From assembly GCA_031835245.2 (NCBI GenBank), contig JAVKOQ020000051.1, positions 124,001 to 188,000 on the forward strand: DNA of 64,000 bases. The letters run 5' to 3'. The stretch comes from Balamuthia mandrillaris (Eukaryota). Shown here piece after piece: positions 47,797 through 59,823 of this stretch. How positions within the stretch are numbered: the first letter of the stretch is position 1; each line of letters starts with the position of its first letter. Under the pieces are notes generated by a model, which had not been told where the DNA came from, did not search any database, and worked only from the letters and a program-made list of their open reading frames with translations. Made by a program: the position numbers and the translations under genes.

Positions 47797-50700
47797 ATGT
47801 CGGACACGGAGAAGAAAAAGAAAAAGAGCAAGGGGAAAGGTTTGTCGCTTTCTCCTCACGTTCACCGCAAAAAAGAAACAGATTTTTCATTAGTGCTTCA
47901 TGATGATAGATTATAATTAGAGATTACTTTTTTCTAAACAAAAAACAGACAAAGAAGCAAACAGCAATGCCACCGAAGTCGAAAGCCTGAACCCGCTCTA
48001 CAAAGCCGAGAAGGTTGCTGCCCTCTCCAGGATTCCCGACAGGAGCTCCACTCCAACTCCCCTTAGAGCCACCTCCAAAACTCCTCGCGAGACCTCCTCC
48101 AAGAGGAGAAAGAGCGGGGACAAACGGAAGGGAAGCGGCGGCAAGGTGCTCTCCAAGAGCAAGAACAGCACCAAAGGCAAGAAAAAAGAGGGAGCAAATG
48201 GAGGTAAACCAACGCGAAAACGCTCTTCTTCCAGCGGTGACAGAGAACTTGGCAACAAAGGCAATGGAGAGGAAGAGGAAGAGATCTCCTCCTCTTCTCC
48301 TTCGGCTTCTTCCTCCGCATCCTCGTTTGGTACACTTGGGCGGCACTCGATGAGCCCCTTTTCCGTATCCTCTCCCTCTCTATCACCTTCCTCTTCTTCT
48401 TTTTTATCTTCTCCGTTGGAGAGAAGAAACACAACGGCTCAGAAAGCGTTAAAACTTTTGGGGGCAGAGGATGACTTTGCTCTTGAACGAGGAGGACTCA
48501 GCAACAGTGGTGGTGGCGGTGTTGCTGGTGGGTGGAGCCCAGGAAAGCCTCATCGCAAGCGGCCTCAGTCGATGCTGTTCAACTTTGACTCTGGCGGGAG
48601 CTCCTCTCCTGCAGGGAGACGAAAAGGATTGGGAGGTACGGGAAGCAACAGCACCAACGATATACTGCTAGAGAGAGCTTCTTCGTCTGGCGGAGGTCGT
48701 AGAAAAGACAGCAACTACAACAACTACAGCAACACGATCGACTTTAGAAGAACGTCACTGGAAACTTCTCCGTATTACTCCATTCTCTCTCCAACTTCCG
48801 CTTCCTCTCCTTCTTCTCCGTTTTGTGCTTCGGGAGTAAGGCTTTCGATGGATGGAGGTTACTCTGCTTACGATAGTTGTTTGTTGGAGAGCAACTCTTC
48901 CGCAACAGGTTCGCAACAAGAGTTGTTGAGTTCAAGCGAGGATGAGGCGAAGAATAGGTTGAGTGATGGCGCGAGTCATAACATGATGAACGCGGTGCAG
49001 AAGGAGGAGGAGACCGTTCGTTTGTACAATCTCATCCTCCACCACAAGCGGATAACCATGCGGGTTGAGGTATACGTTTAGTTTCTTTCTCTCTTTCCGT
49101 CTTCCTTTCTTGTCTTGGGTTACTCATTATGTTCTGCGTTGGCTAAATCTTTATCCTGCCGTAGTTCTCCAAAGTGCTGCAAGAGAGAAGCAGGAGGGAA
49201 AGAGAACGCTTGGCGAAGCAACGAGAGAAGCTACAGCAAGCCAAAGCCGAGTTTATGCGCCGCAAACAGGAGATGGAGCGCGCTTTGGAGGAGGCACAAC
49301 AGCTGACCTGCCTGAAGATGAAAGAAACCGAGGGAGAGATCGATGCGCTTTGGAAGAACGTGGCGGCTTGTTCCGCTTCGCTTCGGCCTCATTTGCAGGC
49401 TGTGGGGGTCAGTCAGAACGAAGAGGTTATCGAGGACATGTTTCAAATATTCCATATGTTGGAGGTATTGTTTCTTTCTTGTTCTTCTCGTTCCTTCTTG
49501 TTCTTGTTCTTGTTGATATTACCCTTTTCTTCGCATTCTTCATCCCTCTTCGTTCTTTGGTTATGTTTTTCTTATTTACTTGCCATTTCTTTTACAGCAA
49601 ACCACAAGTTGCAGCCGGTTACTACAGTGCGACCAGCATCAACTGGCGGAGGACATTCGTACCCTCAACAAAGAAACCAAAGTCCTTCAAAAGTCTATCG
49701 AAGAGATTGAAGTACTTTATTCATTGCTCTTCTCTTTTGTTTTGTTCTTATCTGGTAGTTGGCTTAACTGTTTGTTGGTTACAGAAACATGTACAAGTAA
49801 GGCAGAAAGAAAACGAGGAGAAGCAAGAAAGCTTGGACCAGCTGCAACGGATCAATGCAAACTTGCAACAGCTCAAAGTCACGTTAGAAGGAAGAGAGAA
49901 GAGCGATAAGGATAAAGAAGAAATACGAAAAGAAGAAACAGAAAAAGTAGAAGAACAAATGGAACAAAAAGAAGAGAAAGAGGCTAAAGATGAAGACGAA
50001 ATGAAACCACAACAAGAGCAATCAAACAAAGAAGTTGAGAACGAAAAACAACAACAGAAGACTGAAACAAACGAAACACAACAACAAGAAACAAAGTCCA
50101 AAGAAGAATCCAGCAACCTCCAGAACGACTTTAAGAGCACCAAAGAAGAGTCGTTCAAACACAAACTCCAGTTTCTTCAGCAAGAACTCAACGAAGGTAG
50201 GACTATCTGTCAGAACTACGTCCAGAAGAGATTCACCAAACGGGCCGACGGCGATCTGGAAGAGTTCCTCTACACCTATCGCCTGGATGACAAGCATCTC
50301 AATGACGACTCTAACGACATCAAGTTCAACCCTGCAACGGATAACGTCTCTCCGCCTTCGGTTCGTGCGGCCACGGCCAATCGGTTGGTGGAGCGGTTGG
50401 CGCATGACATCTATACAGATCCCAACTTCTTGAAGGCCTTCATGCTGACGTATCGCTCCTTCTTGAGCCCGGTTGAATTGTTGGAGAAGTTGGTGTTCAG
50501 GTAAACGAAGGCCTGTCTTTCTTCATCCCTTCATCCCTTCATCCCTTCATTCTCTTCTTCTTTTTCTTTCTCCATGCCCAATCAAAACTAACAAACTATT
50601 TAACAGGTATCTATTGACGCCACAACTTGGGTCAAAGATCAACAACAAAGCATTGATACAGGTAAAGAAACAAGCTCAAAGCGTCATCCAACTACGGTAC

Positions 50701-52481
50701 AACCCCTCTTTCTCTTTAAAACTCTTCATTTTTAATTCTCATGATATTATGCCTGCATAGAGTTTTGGTAGTTCTAAAGTTTTGGATTGAGAACTTCTTT
50801 CACGACTTTGACCCTCCTCTTATCGACCTATGTAACGCTTTCCTTGCCCTCACCATTCCTATCAGAAACCTTACTATCGTGGACAACCTGAAGGAAATGC
50901 TCCAGAATCTGGTACTTCCTTGCCTCATCTACTCTCTGTGTTTTTAATCTCACTTCTCTTATTGTTGTAAAGCTTGTTGGCATACCTCCTCGGGGTCGTT
51001 CAGCGACTCAGGTCTCCAGAAAACCAACCCTTGCTTACTTCTCCACCGCTCCAGTTTCCGAAGGCTCCGCTGACTCTGATGGCGAAACATCATCTTCCTT
51101 TTCTTTCTCTTGCTCGTCTTCTTCTTCGTCGTCATCATGTACTGAAGACAAGCAAAGAGAAAGAGGTATAAGCTTGGAGTGTTCTCCAAGAACTAGTACT
51201 TTTGACGAGTTAAGCATGGATGTGTTCAGTGGCAAGAGCAGTCTTGAGTCTTCCTCTCTAGATATATCAGCTCCATTTGAGCCTTCTTCCTCTGCTACTC
51301 CCTCTTCTTCATCTCTCCAACAAGAAGAAAGCAACTCTGGATCTAGTATTCAAAGCATAAAAGAGGAAAACTATAACTCGAGCGGGCTGCAGTTCATGGA
51401 GCTAGATCCTGACCTCGTGGCACAACAAATGACCCTATTTGAGTTTGAGATCTATCAAAGGATAGAGGCCAAAGAGCTGTTTTCTCAACGATGGAACAAG
51501 AACGGAAAAGAATTCAACTCTCCCAACGTGTTAGAGCTGATCCACAACTTTAACAAGATAAGCAATTGGGTTTGTGGAGAGCTAGTCTTGACGCCTGACT
51601 TTGCTTTGCGTTGTACCAAAATGAAAAAGTTTATCCTCATCGCCAATGTACGTTTTACTAGTTCTCCTTCTTCCTCATCTTCTTTTTCTAGTTCTTCTGC
51701 TTGTTCTTCTTCTTCTTCTTCTTCTTCGTTTTGTTCTTGTTCTTGTTCTTGTTCTTCTTTTCTTCTTCTTGTTCTTCTTGTTCTTGTTCTTCTTCTTCTT
51801 CTTCTTCTTGTTCTTCATCGTTCTTCTTCTTCTTGTTCTTCTTCTTCTTCTTCTTCTTCTTCTTCTTCTTCTTGTGGATCTTTCTTCCTCTTCCTCCGTT
51901 TCTTTTGTTCATCTATTGATCATTGCAATAATCGTTTAACAGGAATGTTATAAGCTTAAGAACTTCAACGGAGCTTTGGAGATCATAGCTGGCCTTTCCA
52001 ACTCTGCTGTGCATCGCCTACGGAAAACTTGGGAGGTACATGCTTCGTTCGTTTTCTTGACCCTTTTCTCAAAATGTTTTTACTGGTTTAAACAACATAG
52101 GAAATTGGAGAATCCTACACCTCCATTTACAACCAACTCAAGGAGCTCATGAACAACAACTACTCCAGACTTCGTCAGGAGCTGCGTTCCACAGCACCTC
52201 CTTGCCTGCCCTACCTCGGCGTCTTTCTCACCGACTTGACCTTCCTGGAGGATGGAAACCCCGACCGGATAGAGGGAGGAGAGCTCATCAACTTCAACAA
52301 GATGAGAAGCGTGGCAGAGAAGATACGAGAAGTGCAGCAGTATCAAAACAAGTGCTTTTCCTTCCCTGAAGATCCGCTCATCCAAAAGTACCTGAGAAAC
52401 ATCAAGCAGGTAGATGAGGACAAGATCTACCAGATATCCCTTAAAGTGGAGACCAGAAAGCTGAATAAGTTCTTTGGTTAA
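47797..52481 (+). CDS. RasGEF (Ser-rich N-terminus, coiled coil, REM, CDC25), multi-exon
   Basis: VRAATANRLVERL, FLKAFMLTYRSF, VLKFWIENFFHDF, VAQQMTLFEFEIYQRIEAKE, NFN, PPCLPYLGVFLTDLTFLEDGNPD, INFNKMR; first exon at 47797 inferred by splicing. Confidence 0.9.
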
Positions 52482-52653
52482 AAGCCACATTATTGTGTTT
52501 TACTATCACCATTAAACTATTATTTAAAGTGCTTGTGCACACACCATCCCTCTCCCCCTTTGCTCTTCTCTCTTCCCCCAGCTTCTCGCTTTTGTCAGCC
52601 CTCTGACGCTCATCTCATGAGTCCCTGATCCCAACAGGTATGCAGTAGATTGT

Positions 52654-53596
52654 TCAAAGTGGTTCATAGTTCTTCTGTCCTCGACAACAACAGATCACCT
52701 TATTGAGGGAGAAATAAATCCCATCCACCACCAGGCCAGGCAACATCTTCCAAAACCCCACATTTGGAAGAAGCGCCAACCCTCTCTCCTTCTTGTAGAA
52801 CTTCTGTAACAGCACCCCTCCAACAAAATAAACCAACGCCACTCCACCCAACCTGGAAGAATTGCACGGAGAGAGTGAGAGAGAGGGAGAGAAGGAGGCG
52901 TGCCAGAAAAACACGAAAATACAAAGTCAGATCAGCATACGTGATGATAAAGATCCAACCACCAGAGAGACCATGGGAACTTTTTCCACCTCCAGAGGTC
53001 ACAGAACATGCATACTTGGAGGTGAAAATGAGGTTGAAATTCTTGCTTGGGGCTTCAGCGGGTGTTCCGCATGTGAGGCTGCCAATGGTGGAAGGGGCAC
53101 ACTGGAACTTGCTGTCTGTCGACTGTCAACACCACCAGTTAGTTCAGCAGTGAAACCTTGCCCATCGAGCGCTTCGTGTTTGAAGCTAATACTGTTCTTT
53201 GCCCCAGTACCATAGAAACGCCCTCCAAATTCTTGGCTGAGTCGTGAGCAACAAACAAAGTGGAAGGAGGAAAGGAAGGATGGATAGAGGCAACTGGGAT
53301 AGAAGAGAATAGATAAAGGGAAACATACGTGTTTGTTTTAGGCAAGCAGATTGATCGGGGTATGGGGAGTTGCAAGTCGCTTCGCTTACCACTCCACAGG
53401 GAACGTAGGTGAAGCGAAAACCAGCTGAGGAGAAGCAGGTCACTTCGCCAACAGCTTGTGCGGCGCCAGTGAAGTCATAGGTCTTTCCTGATTGGAAAGT
53501 GTGCTTGCACGGTGACCGACCAGGACTGTCGGCAAAACTGCACACCATACAACAACACCCCAAAACAAAGAGCGTTCGAAACAACGGGATGGACAT
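52654..53596 (-). CDS. ATG27/cation-dependent mannose-6-phosphate-receptor-like type I membrane protein (paralog 1)
   Basis: Signal peptide, GKTYDF, YVPCG, FTSKYAC, GLSGGWIFII, LPNVGFWKMLPGLVVDGIYF, C-terminal YEPL. Confidence 0.82.
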
Positions 53597-54099
53597 CAGT
53601 TCCTTCTTATGTTTTGCCAACTGGTGGGTCCGCAAGGCAGTCGTGGCTCGCTGCCTTCGCACTGGAAGAGTCGCCTTCTCATGCCAAAAAAAGGGTCAAC
53701 GGCCGGTCAACGAGGGACTGGCTTTGACCTACCTGAGGAGTCCTCAAGATTTACGATGATCTCCACACCAAATTTCAACGGAATTCAGGAAAATGTTCCT
53801 TAATGTCTGACGTCATCTGCTGCCGTCGCGAACCAATAGCGCGGCACAAAGAAGACGAACAATATCAACAACAGAGGGTGGTGCGACTGCTCCATCCGGT
53901 CGTTAAGCTCCTGGCCCATGCATCGATGCCAACGGGCGAATGGACAGGGAGTGCCAGCAGAGCGCACTCCCGACTGGTCGTTTCTGTGTCTGTATTCTCT
54001 CTTTCTTCTTCCATTTTTCAGGCATCTCTCACGCACAAACGTTTATCAACACTTGAGTGTGAGTGCTTGTTTCCAACAACCAGAAGGGTATTTGATTGT

Positions 54100-55148
54100 T
54101 CAAAGCGTGTCATAGTTCTTCTGTCCTCGCCAAGCATCAATCCATTGCTTCACCTTATTGAGGGAGAAGTAAATCCCATCCTTCACCAGGCCAGGCAACA
54201 TCTTCCAAAACTCCACATTCGGAAGCAGTGCCAATCCTTTTTCCTTCTTGTAGAACTTCTGAAACAGCACTCCGCCAACAAAATAAACCAAAGCAATGCT
54301 ACTCAACCTGCAAGAATTGGACGAGCGAGAGAGAGAGAGAGAGAGAGAGAGATAGAAATAGTTTGTGAGAGGGAAGGGACAGGGAAACATGAAAAAACAA
54401 AGGCCTATAAGTTGCCCACTGGGTTCAAAAGCGAACGATACGTACGTGATGATAAAGATCCAACCACCAGAGAGTCCTGAGTCCGATGATGTGGAAGAAC
54501 TTCCTCCCCCGCCAGAGCCGACAGCACATGCGTACTTGGAGGTGAAAATGAGGTTGTAATTCAAGCTTGGCCCTTCAATGGGGGTTCCGCAGGTGAGGCT
54601 GCCTGTGGTGGAACGGTCGCACTGGAACTGAATGGTGGTCTGTCGGTTTGAAAGACCGCCAGTTAGTACAGCTGTAAAACCTTTGCCATCAGCCGATTCT
54701 TGTTTGAAGCTGATGCTGCTCCTTTCTCCGATACCATATGCAAACCCTCCAGACTCTTTATTGGGTGGCGAGCAACAGACGAAATAGAAAACCCATGTAC
54801 AATAAGTAAAAGCAGGCGAAAAGTTGCGGATGGAGGCAACTCAAAACGAAGCCGCAGCGAACTAAAGAAGGGAAACTTACGCGTTTGCGTTTGGCAAGCA
54901 GATTGATCATCGATTGGCGAGTTGCAGTTCGGTTCACTAACCACTCCACAGGGAGCATAGGTGAAGCGATAGCCGTTTCCTGAGAAGCAGCTCACTTCAC
55001 CGACGGCTTGCTTGGCCCCAGTGAAGTCGTAGGTTTTTCCCGATGGGAACGTATGCTTGCATGGCGATCCAATAGGAATGCCTTCGAAACACACCACACA
55101 ACAACACAACCCCAAAACCACAAGCGTTAGTAGCGATACAGCGGCCAT
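54100..55148 (-). CDS. ATG27/M6PR-like type I membrane protein (paralog 2)
   Basis: Same exon structure and motifs as paralog 1; ends KNYDTL. Confidence 0.82.
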
Positions 55149-55411
55149 CGGGTCTTTCGTTGTTGTTCCTCTTTATGCTTGTTGTTCCACTCCCTATAAA
55201 CGCAGTGACGACGTTTCGCTCTCCCTAATAGCAAATCAACAAAAGGAAAACAGCTGTAAATTCCCTATCAAAATCTCGCAACCTAATAGAACAAACCGTT
55301 TTAATGAAAAACCACGAAACCAAGTTCCTTAAATAATTCTTAGAAATAATTGTGTTATAATACATCCACAAGACGACCGAATGACTCGTTCTCTGCGTTC
55401 GAACCACCGAC

Positions 55412-57574
55412 ATGAATGACCTCTCTCCTGAGGCCTTTGCCACTGAAAACGGCGCCATGGCGACTGGTGATTCTTCTCACGCCACCGACATGAATGACCT
55501 CTCTCCCGAGGTTCAGCTTCACGTGATAAACTTCCTTTCTCTCCAGGACAAGCTCCACTTGCGGCAAACCAACCACCGCTGGCTGCACTTAGTGCATTCC
55601 TCAAGTGCCGAGCTGCGCAGAGACCTCCAGGTGGCCGCGTTGAAAGGACTTGCAAGAACGCTCGACCAGGACTCTCTGTTTTGCTGTAGCGGTACCACGC
55701 AGCTTGCTCGGCCTCTTCAGTTGTGCTTCCATAAGAGCGTGCCAAAAGCAGAGGCAGATCAAGGAGAGAAGCTTATCTCTGGTCTTTTGCGTTTTCCGCT
55801 CCGCAAAAATGGAGAGAAAGAAGAGAACGGTGTGACAATAACAGCAGAGGAGGAAGCGAGGGAAGGAGAAGCGTTGGCAGGGCTGGTGGAGTGTTGTTCG
55901 GCGGCCACCTTCGGCCAAGGCAGCAAAGAGGTGTTGGACTCAAGTTACCGTCATGCTTTGCAGCTCTCTCCAGACCATTTTGTCACCAACTTTCACGCTT
56001 TGGAGTACGACATTCTCGACAAGGTTTAATCCACTTTGTGTTGTTTTTCTTGGACTCAGTTTGTGAGTATTAACCCTATTATCAAGATAAAAGGCATCCT
56101 GTCACCAAAGAGTACGAAGATTCGAGCAGAGCTGTACAAACTGAACATATACCCCAAGGGTGGTCATTTCAAAGCTCACGTTGACACTCCTCGCGGGGAT
56201 AGCATGTTTGGTTCTTTGGTGGTCTGTCTTCCCGCGGCCTTCCAAGGTGGACAGCTCGTTGTCAGACATGCTCAGTCTGAAGTGGTCTTCGACTTATCCT
56301 CCAGAAGGAGCACCAAGAAGAGCGAAATGGTGAAGGAAGAAGCACCTAGAGAAGGAGAAGACCTCACAGAGTTGGGATGCGAGGTGAAGTGGGCGGCGTT
56401 TTATTCCGATTGTGAGCATGAAATCCTTCCCGTCACGGAAGGCCACCGCATCACCCTCACCTACAACCTCTACAGCGAATACATAAAACACCAGCCAGAC
56501 AAGGAAGAGGAACCGGAGGAAGAAATTGTGGAGGAAGAATGGGAGGAGGAAGAGAATTATTTAAAATGGTATGGGAACAAAGCAGAGATGAGCGAGGCGG
56601 AGAGGGCACGCAGAGAAGCAGCAGCAAAGCAAGCAAAAGAGAGGGAGAGAGCACGCAAAGAAGAAGAGAGGCAGTGGCAAATAATGAGGGAGCAAGCATA
56701 CAGAGAAGCAAAGAGGAAGCGAGCGGCTGAGAAGGAGAGAGCATATCTAGAATGGTTAAAGAAAAGGAGGACAGACAAAGTGCCTACAGAAACCGTTGGC
56801 AGCAGCCCTGAGGGTGAGCGAGTAACACATACGGACTTCATCAGAAGAAAGCTGGACGCTATCCTCCAAGACCCAGATTGCTTTTCCAATGGCATCACTT
56901 TGGCCTTCCACTGCAAGCACAGCTACTCGGCTGAGCAGTTCTCACACTCCCCCAACCTTTCCTCATTACTCAAAGGCTTTGACGCATTGGTGCACGACGC
57001 TGCCACCAGCCTCGGGCTGAAGACCTCCCTCCAATGCTTCTTCTGCTTGCCACTATCTGAGGACAAGATTGAACTTTGCGAGAAGGCTTTCTTGGTGTGC
57101 AAATCCTTCCCCCAGAATGTCAACGTTGAGAATTTTGTGGTTGGCCGCGGCGACTACTCCGAGTACACCTTGCTCAAGTTCTTGCGCTATCGCTTTCAAC
57201 CTCGCCTGCTGGTTGACGCCATCCCGCCGGCTGACCCTCAGTTGCGGCAGAGGAAAAGAGAAGAACGCATCGTCAAAGCGTTTTTGGCAGGCAGGCATCG
57301 CAAGTACACTGAAGAGGATGCTCGCAGAGACTATCAACGCCTTCTCGAGACGGAAACCAACGAGATGAAGAAGCTGAACGTTTTGCCCAAAAAAGCCGTG
57401 CAGTGGTGCACCGACAAACCTGACAAAGCAGCCGACCTGCTGGTTGCAGTGACAGCAGCGTACGGCAACGAACCCTCCACTGAATGCTTCTATGCTTCTG
57501 CCATGCTCTTCGTGGAGGTCCCTCCTCGCTCCCCAACCAACGAACAAAACATCCTCCCTTCTTGCTTGCAATAA
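55412..57574 (+). CDS. F-box plus 2-oxoglutarate/Fe(II) dioxygenase protein, 2 exons
   Basis: F-box MNDLSPEVQLHVINFLSLQDKLHLRQTNHRW; AELYKLNIYPKGGHFKAHVDTPR (HxD), FGSLVVCLP, GGQLVVRH, WAAFYSDCEHEILPVTEGHRITLTYNL. Confidence 0.87.
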
Positions 57575-57746
57575 AAGCAATCTTCCAGCCTCCCTTGCTT
57601 CTTTAACCTCAAACGAGCTTCTTCACCAGAAATGAGGCCTCAACAATAGCGCCAGCAAAACTGGCTGCCACGGACCACAAACAACTGTAATCAAAACAAC
57701 TGTGATAATCTGCCAACCACACAAAAAAATGAGGGTCAATCAACAA

Positions 57747-57819
57747 GCCGAGCTAGCTCAGTCGGTAGAGCGCAAGACTCTTAATCTTGTGGTCGTGGGT
57801 TCGAGCCCCACGCTTGGCG
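57747..57819 (+). tRNA. tRNA-Lys (anticodon CUU)
   Basis: Acceptor stem GCCGAGC/GCTTGGC, D-arm TAGCTCAGTCGGTAGAGC, anticodon arm CAAGA-CTCTTAA-TCTTG, T-loop GGTTCGAGCC, downstream T-run. Confidence 0.97.
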
Positions 57820-58044
57820 ATAATATTTTGTTGTTTTCGTAATGAAGTTTCACAAGGATTTGTTTGATTTTCAGTGTGGTATGTTTTCTTTTGATGCAAA
57901 AAAAAAAAAAAATTGCCGCCTTGGCAGACATAGTTATTGAGGAGAGAAGTATTTTTCCACTGGAACGAACGGGGAAAGCGTGACGTGGTACCTGAGTTTT
58001 GTCTATCCTGCAAGTCTGCTTTGAAAAAAGAATAAGAGGGAGTA

Positions 58045-59171
58045 ATGCTGCTAGTGCGAACATTTTTCGCCCAGTTGTTAGTGGTGGTTTGTTGGGGCGC
58101 TGTTGTGTTTGCCGCTTCCCCACAATCCCTGCCGCCAGGAGTTGTTGGGGCAGTTCTCACAACACTGATCCCGGATGTGCCTCACAACGACGAAACGATC
58201 CAGGTGGCACTCTCCTCCGCTTCTGTTGTTGCGGAGGACATACCAAAGCTTTTGGGCTCAGAAACAAGCACAAAATACTATGAGCTCTCGCGACTCCAAC
58301 CCGATCGGTCCTACGAAGTTCGAATCTCCTTCCCTGCTATCGTAAGTACTTTTTGTTGTGGTTTTTTTTTTCAAGGTCTTCTTGCTGACAGATCTGATCC
58401 GATAAACAAAAAGCAACCAGCCATCTTTGAAATAACTTTTATCGGCACAGAACCTCTTCACTCTTTTGGCTCCACTGGCAGAACCCTTCTGAACACTGAA
58501 AAGTTGACTTTTCAGACGGACGGCAACTCTCATATCATCGTTTGTATCCTCTACATTTCTTATTCGTTCTATTTTTGTCTCTACCTGGCTTCTTGTTGGT
58601 TTCGAGTTCTTGTTCTTGTTCTTTTCTTATTCTTTTTCTTTTTCCTTTTCTTCTTCTTCTTCTTCTTCTTCTTCATCTTCTTCATGCTCATTGTTTTTCA
58701 TTTTCGAATTTAAAAAAGGAGGTACCACCATCAACGTACCAACACGGCAAAGGGCCACTGCTGCTGGTCACTGCCACAAGCGAAGGCGTTGCAAATCCAA
58801 GTCTGGTTCAACACCCGGCCACTACCACCATCCACTACAATATTGGTATTACCTTGCTTTCTTTAAAGTTTCTCTCAACGCTTTACCTCAACTTGTTTCT
58901 CGTTTCCGTTCTTCTTTCTTTTTTGCTGCCTGAAGTATTGGAGACATTGATATGGGGTGTACCAAAAACCGTGGTGGTGATGGGAGTTGTTGCGGCTATC
59001 GCAGTGATCATAATAATGACAGTGCTCTTGCCTCAATTGGTGCCAAAGCTGAATGTTGTTGTTTCTTCTTCCAAGGTTTGTTCTTTTCTTTTTTTTTTTC
59101 GGTTCTATTCACTTTATTTCTTCTTTTTTCGTACATTCTGATCTCGTTCTCCTTTGCAGAAGTCGCTGTAG
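58045..59171 (+). CDS. Signal-peptide plus C-terminal TM protein, multi-exon; weak resemblance to Pga1-like GPI-mannosyltransferase co-factors
   Basis: YEVRISFPAI-QPAIFEI, RTLLNTEKLTF, YNI-VLETLIWGVP followed by a TM helix. The gene model is reasonable; the family assignment is tentative recall. Confidence 0.55.
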
Positions 59172-59823
59172 ATATTTTTTGACAAAACAATGCAAGTACC
59201 CAAGATCAGTTCTGGAAAGATTTCTGTTTCATCGCAACATCCGGCCAACGGCTTTAACCCAAGCAAAGATCATTCCTGTAGTTGATAGGAGATGCTTTCA
59301 CCTCCATTCAATCTCCTTTCTCCACAGGCTGTCCCTCAAACCACGTCTCCGTTCGCCAACTCTTGTCGTGACGTCACGACATAATCGTTGTACTTTCCTC
59401 ATAGCACAAACTTTGTCCAACCTCTTCTTCTTTGCAGACTGTTCGCCTGCAAAGCGAGTAGGAAGTAACCTGAAAGTTTACTTCCTGTTGCTGGGGCGAA
59501 GCAAGTGTTACTTGGGGGCACATGCAAAAAAAAAAATTAGCACCACGTCGACAAATATTTTAGCTGGACAGAACCAAAGAGGAATTGAATGAGGTACCAG
59601 CTTGCAGCTTTGTTGCATCCTGTCACACCGGCTTCCTTCGCATAAACGAAATTCGCAGACCAACAGAATTTCGCACCGAAAATGGATGAATTTTCCTGTT
59701 AAAATTTTCTTGGAACAATTTCTAAGGTTTTTTATTTTGGATAACCGTTAAAAATTGAAACATTCAGTTGACTCCTTTTGTGTGTGCCTCGTTTTAACAC
59801 GCTCTCCCTCTTTACCTACAGCT

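Noticed and set aside
53800..54480. ORFs between and over the two M6PR-like paralogs
   Set aside because: No recognisable domain; partly antisense to paralog 2; no support for coding.
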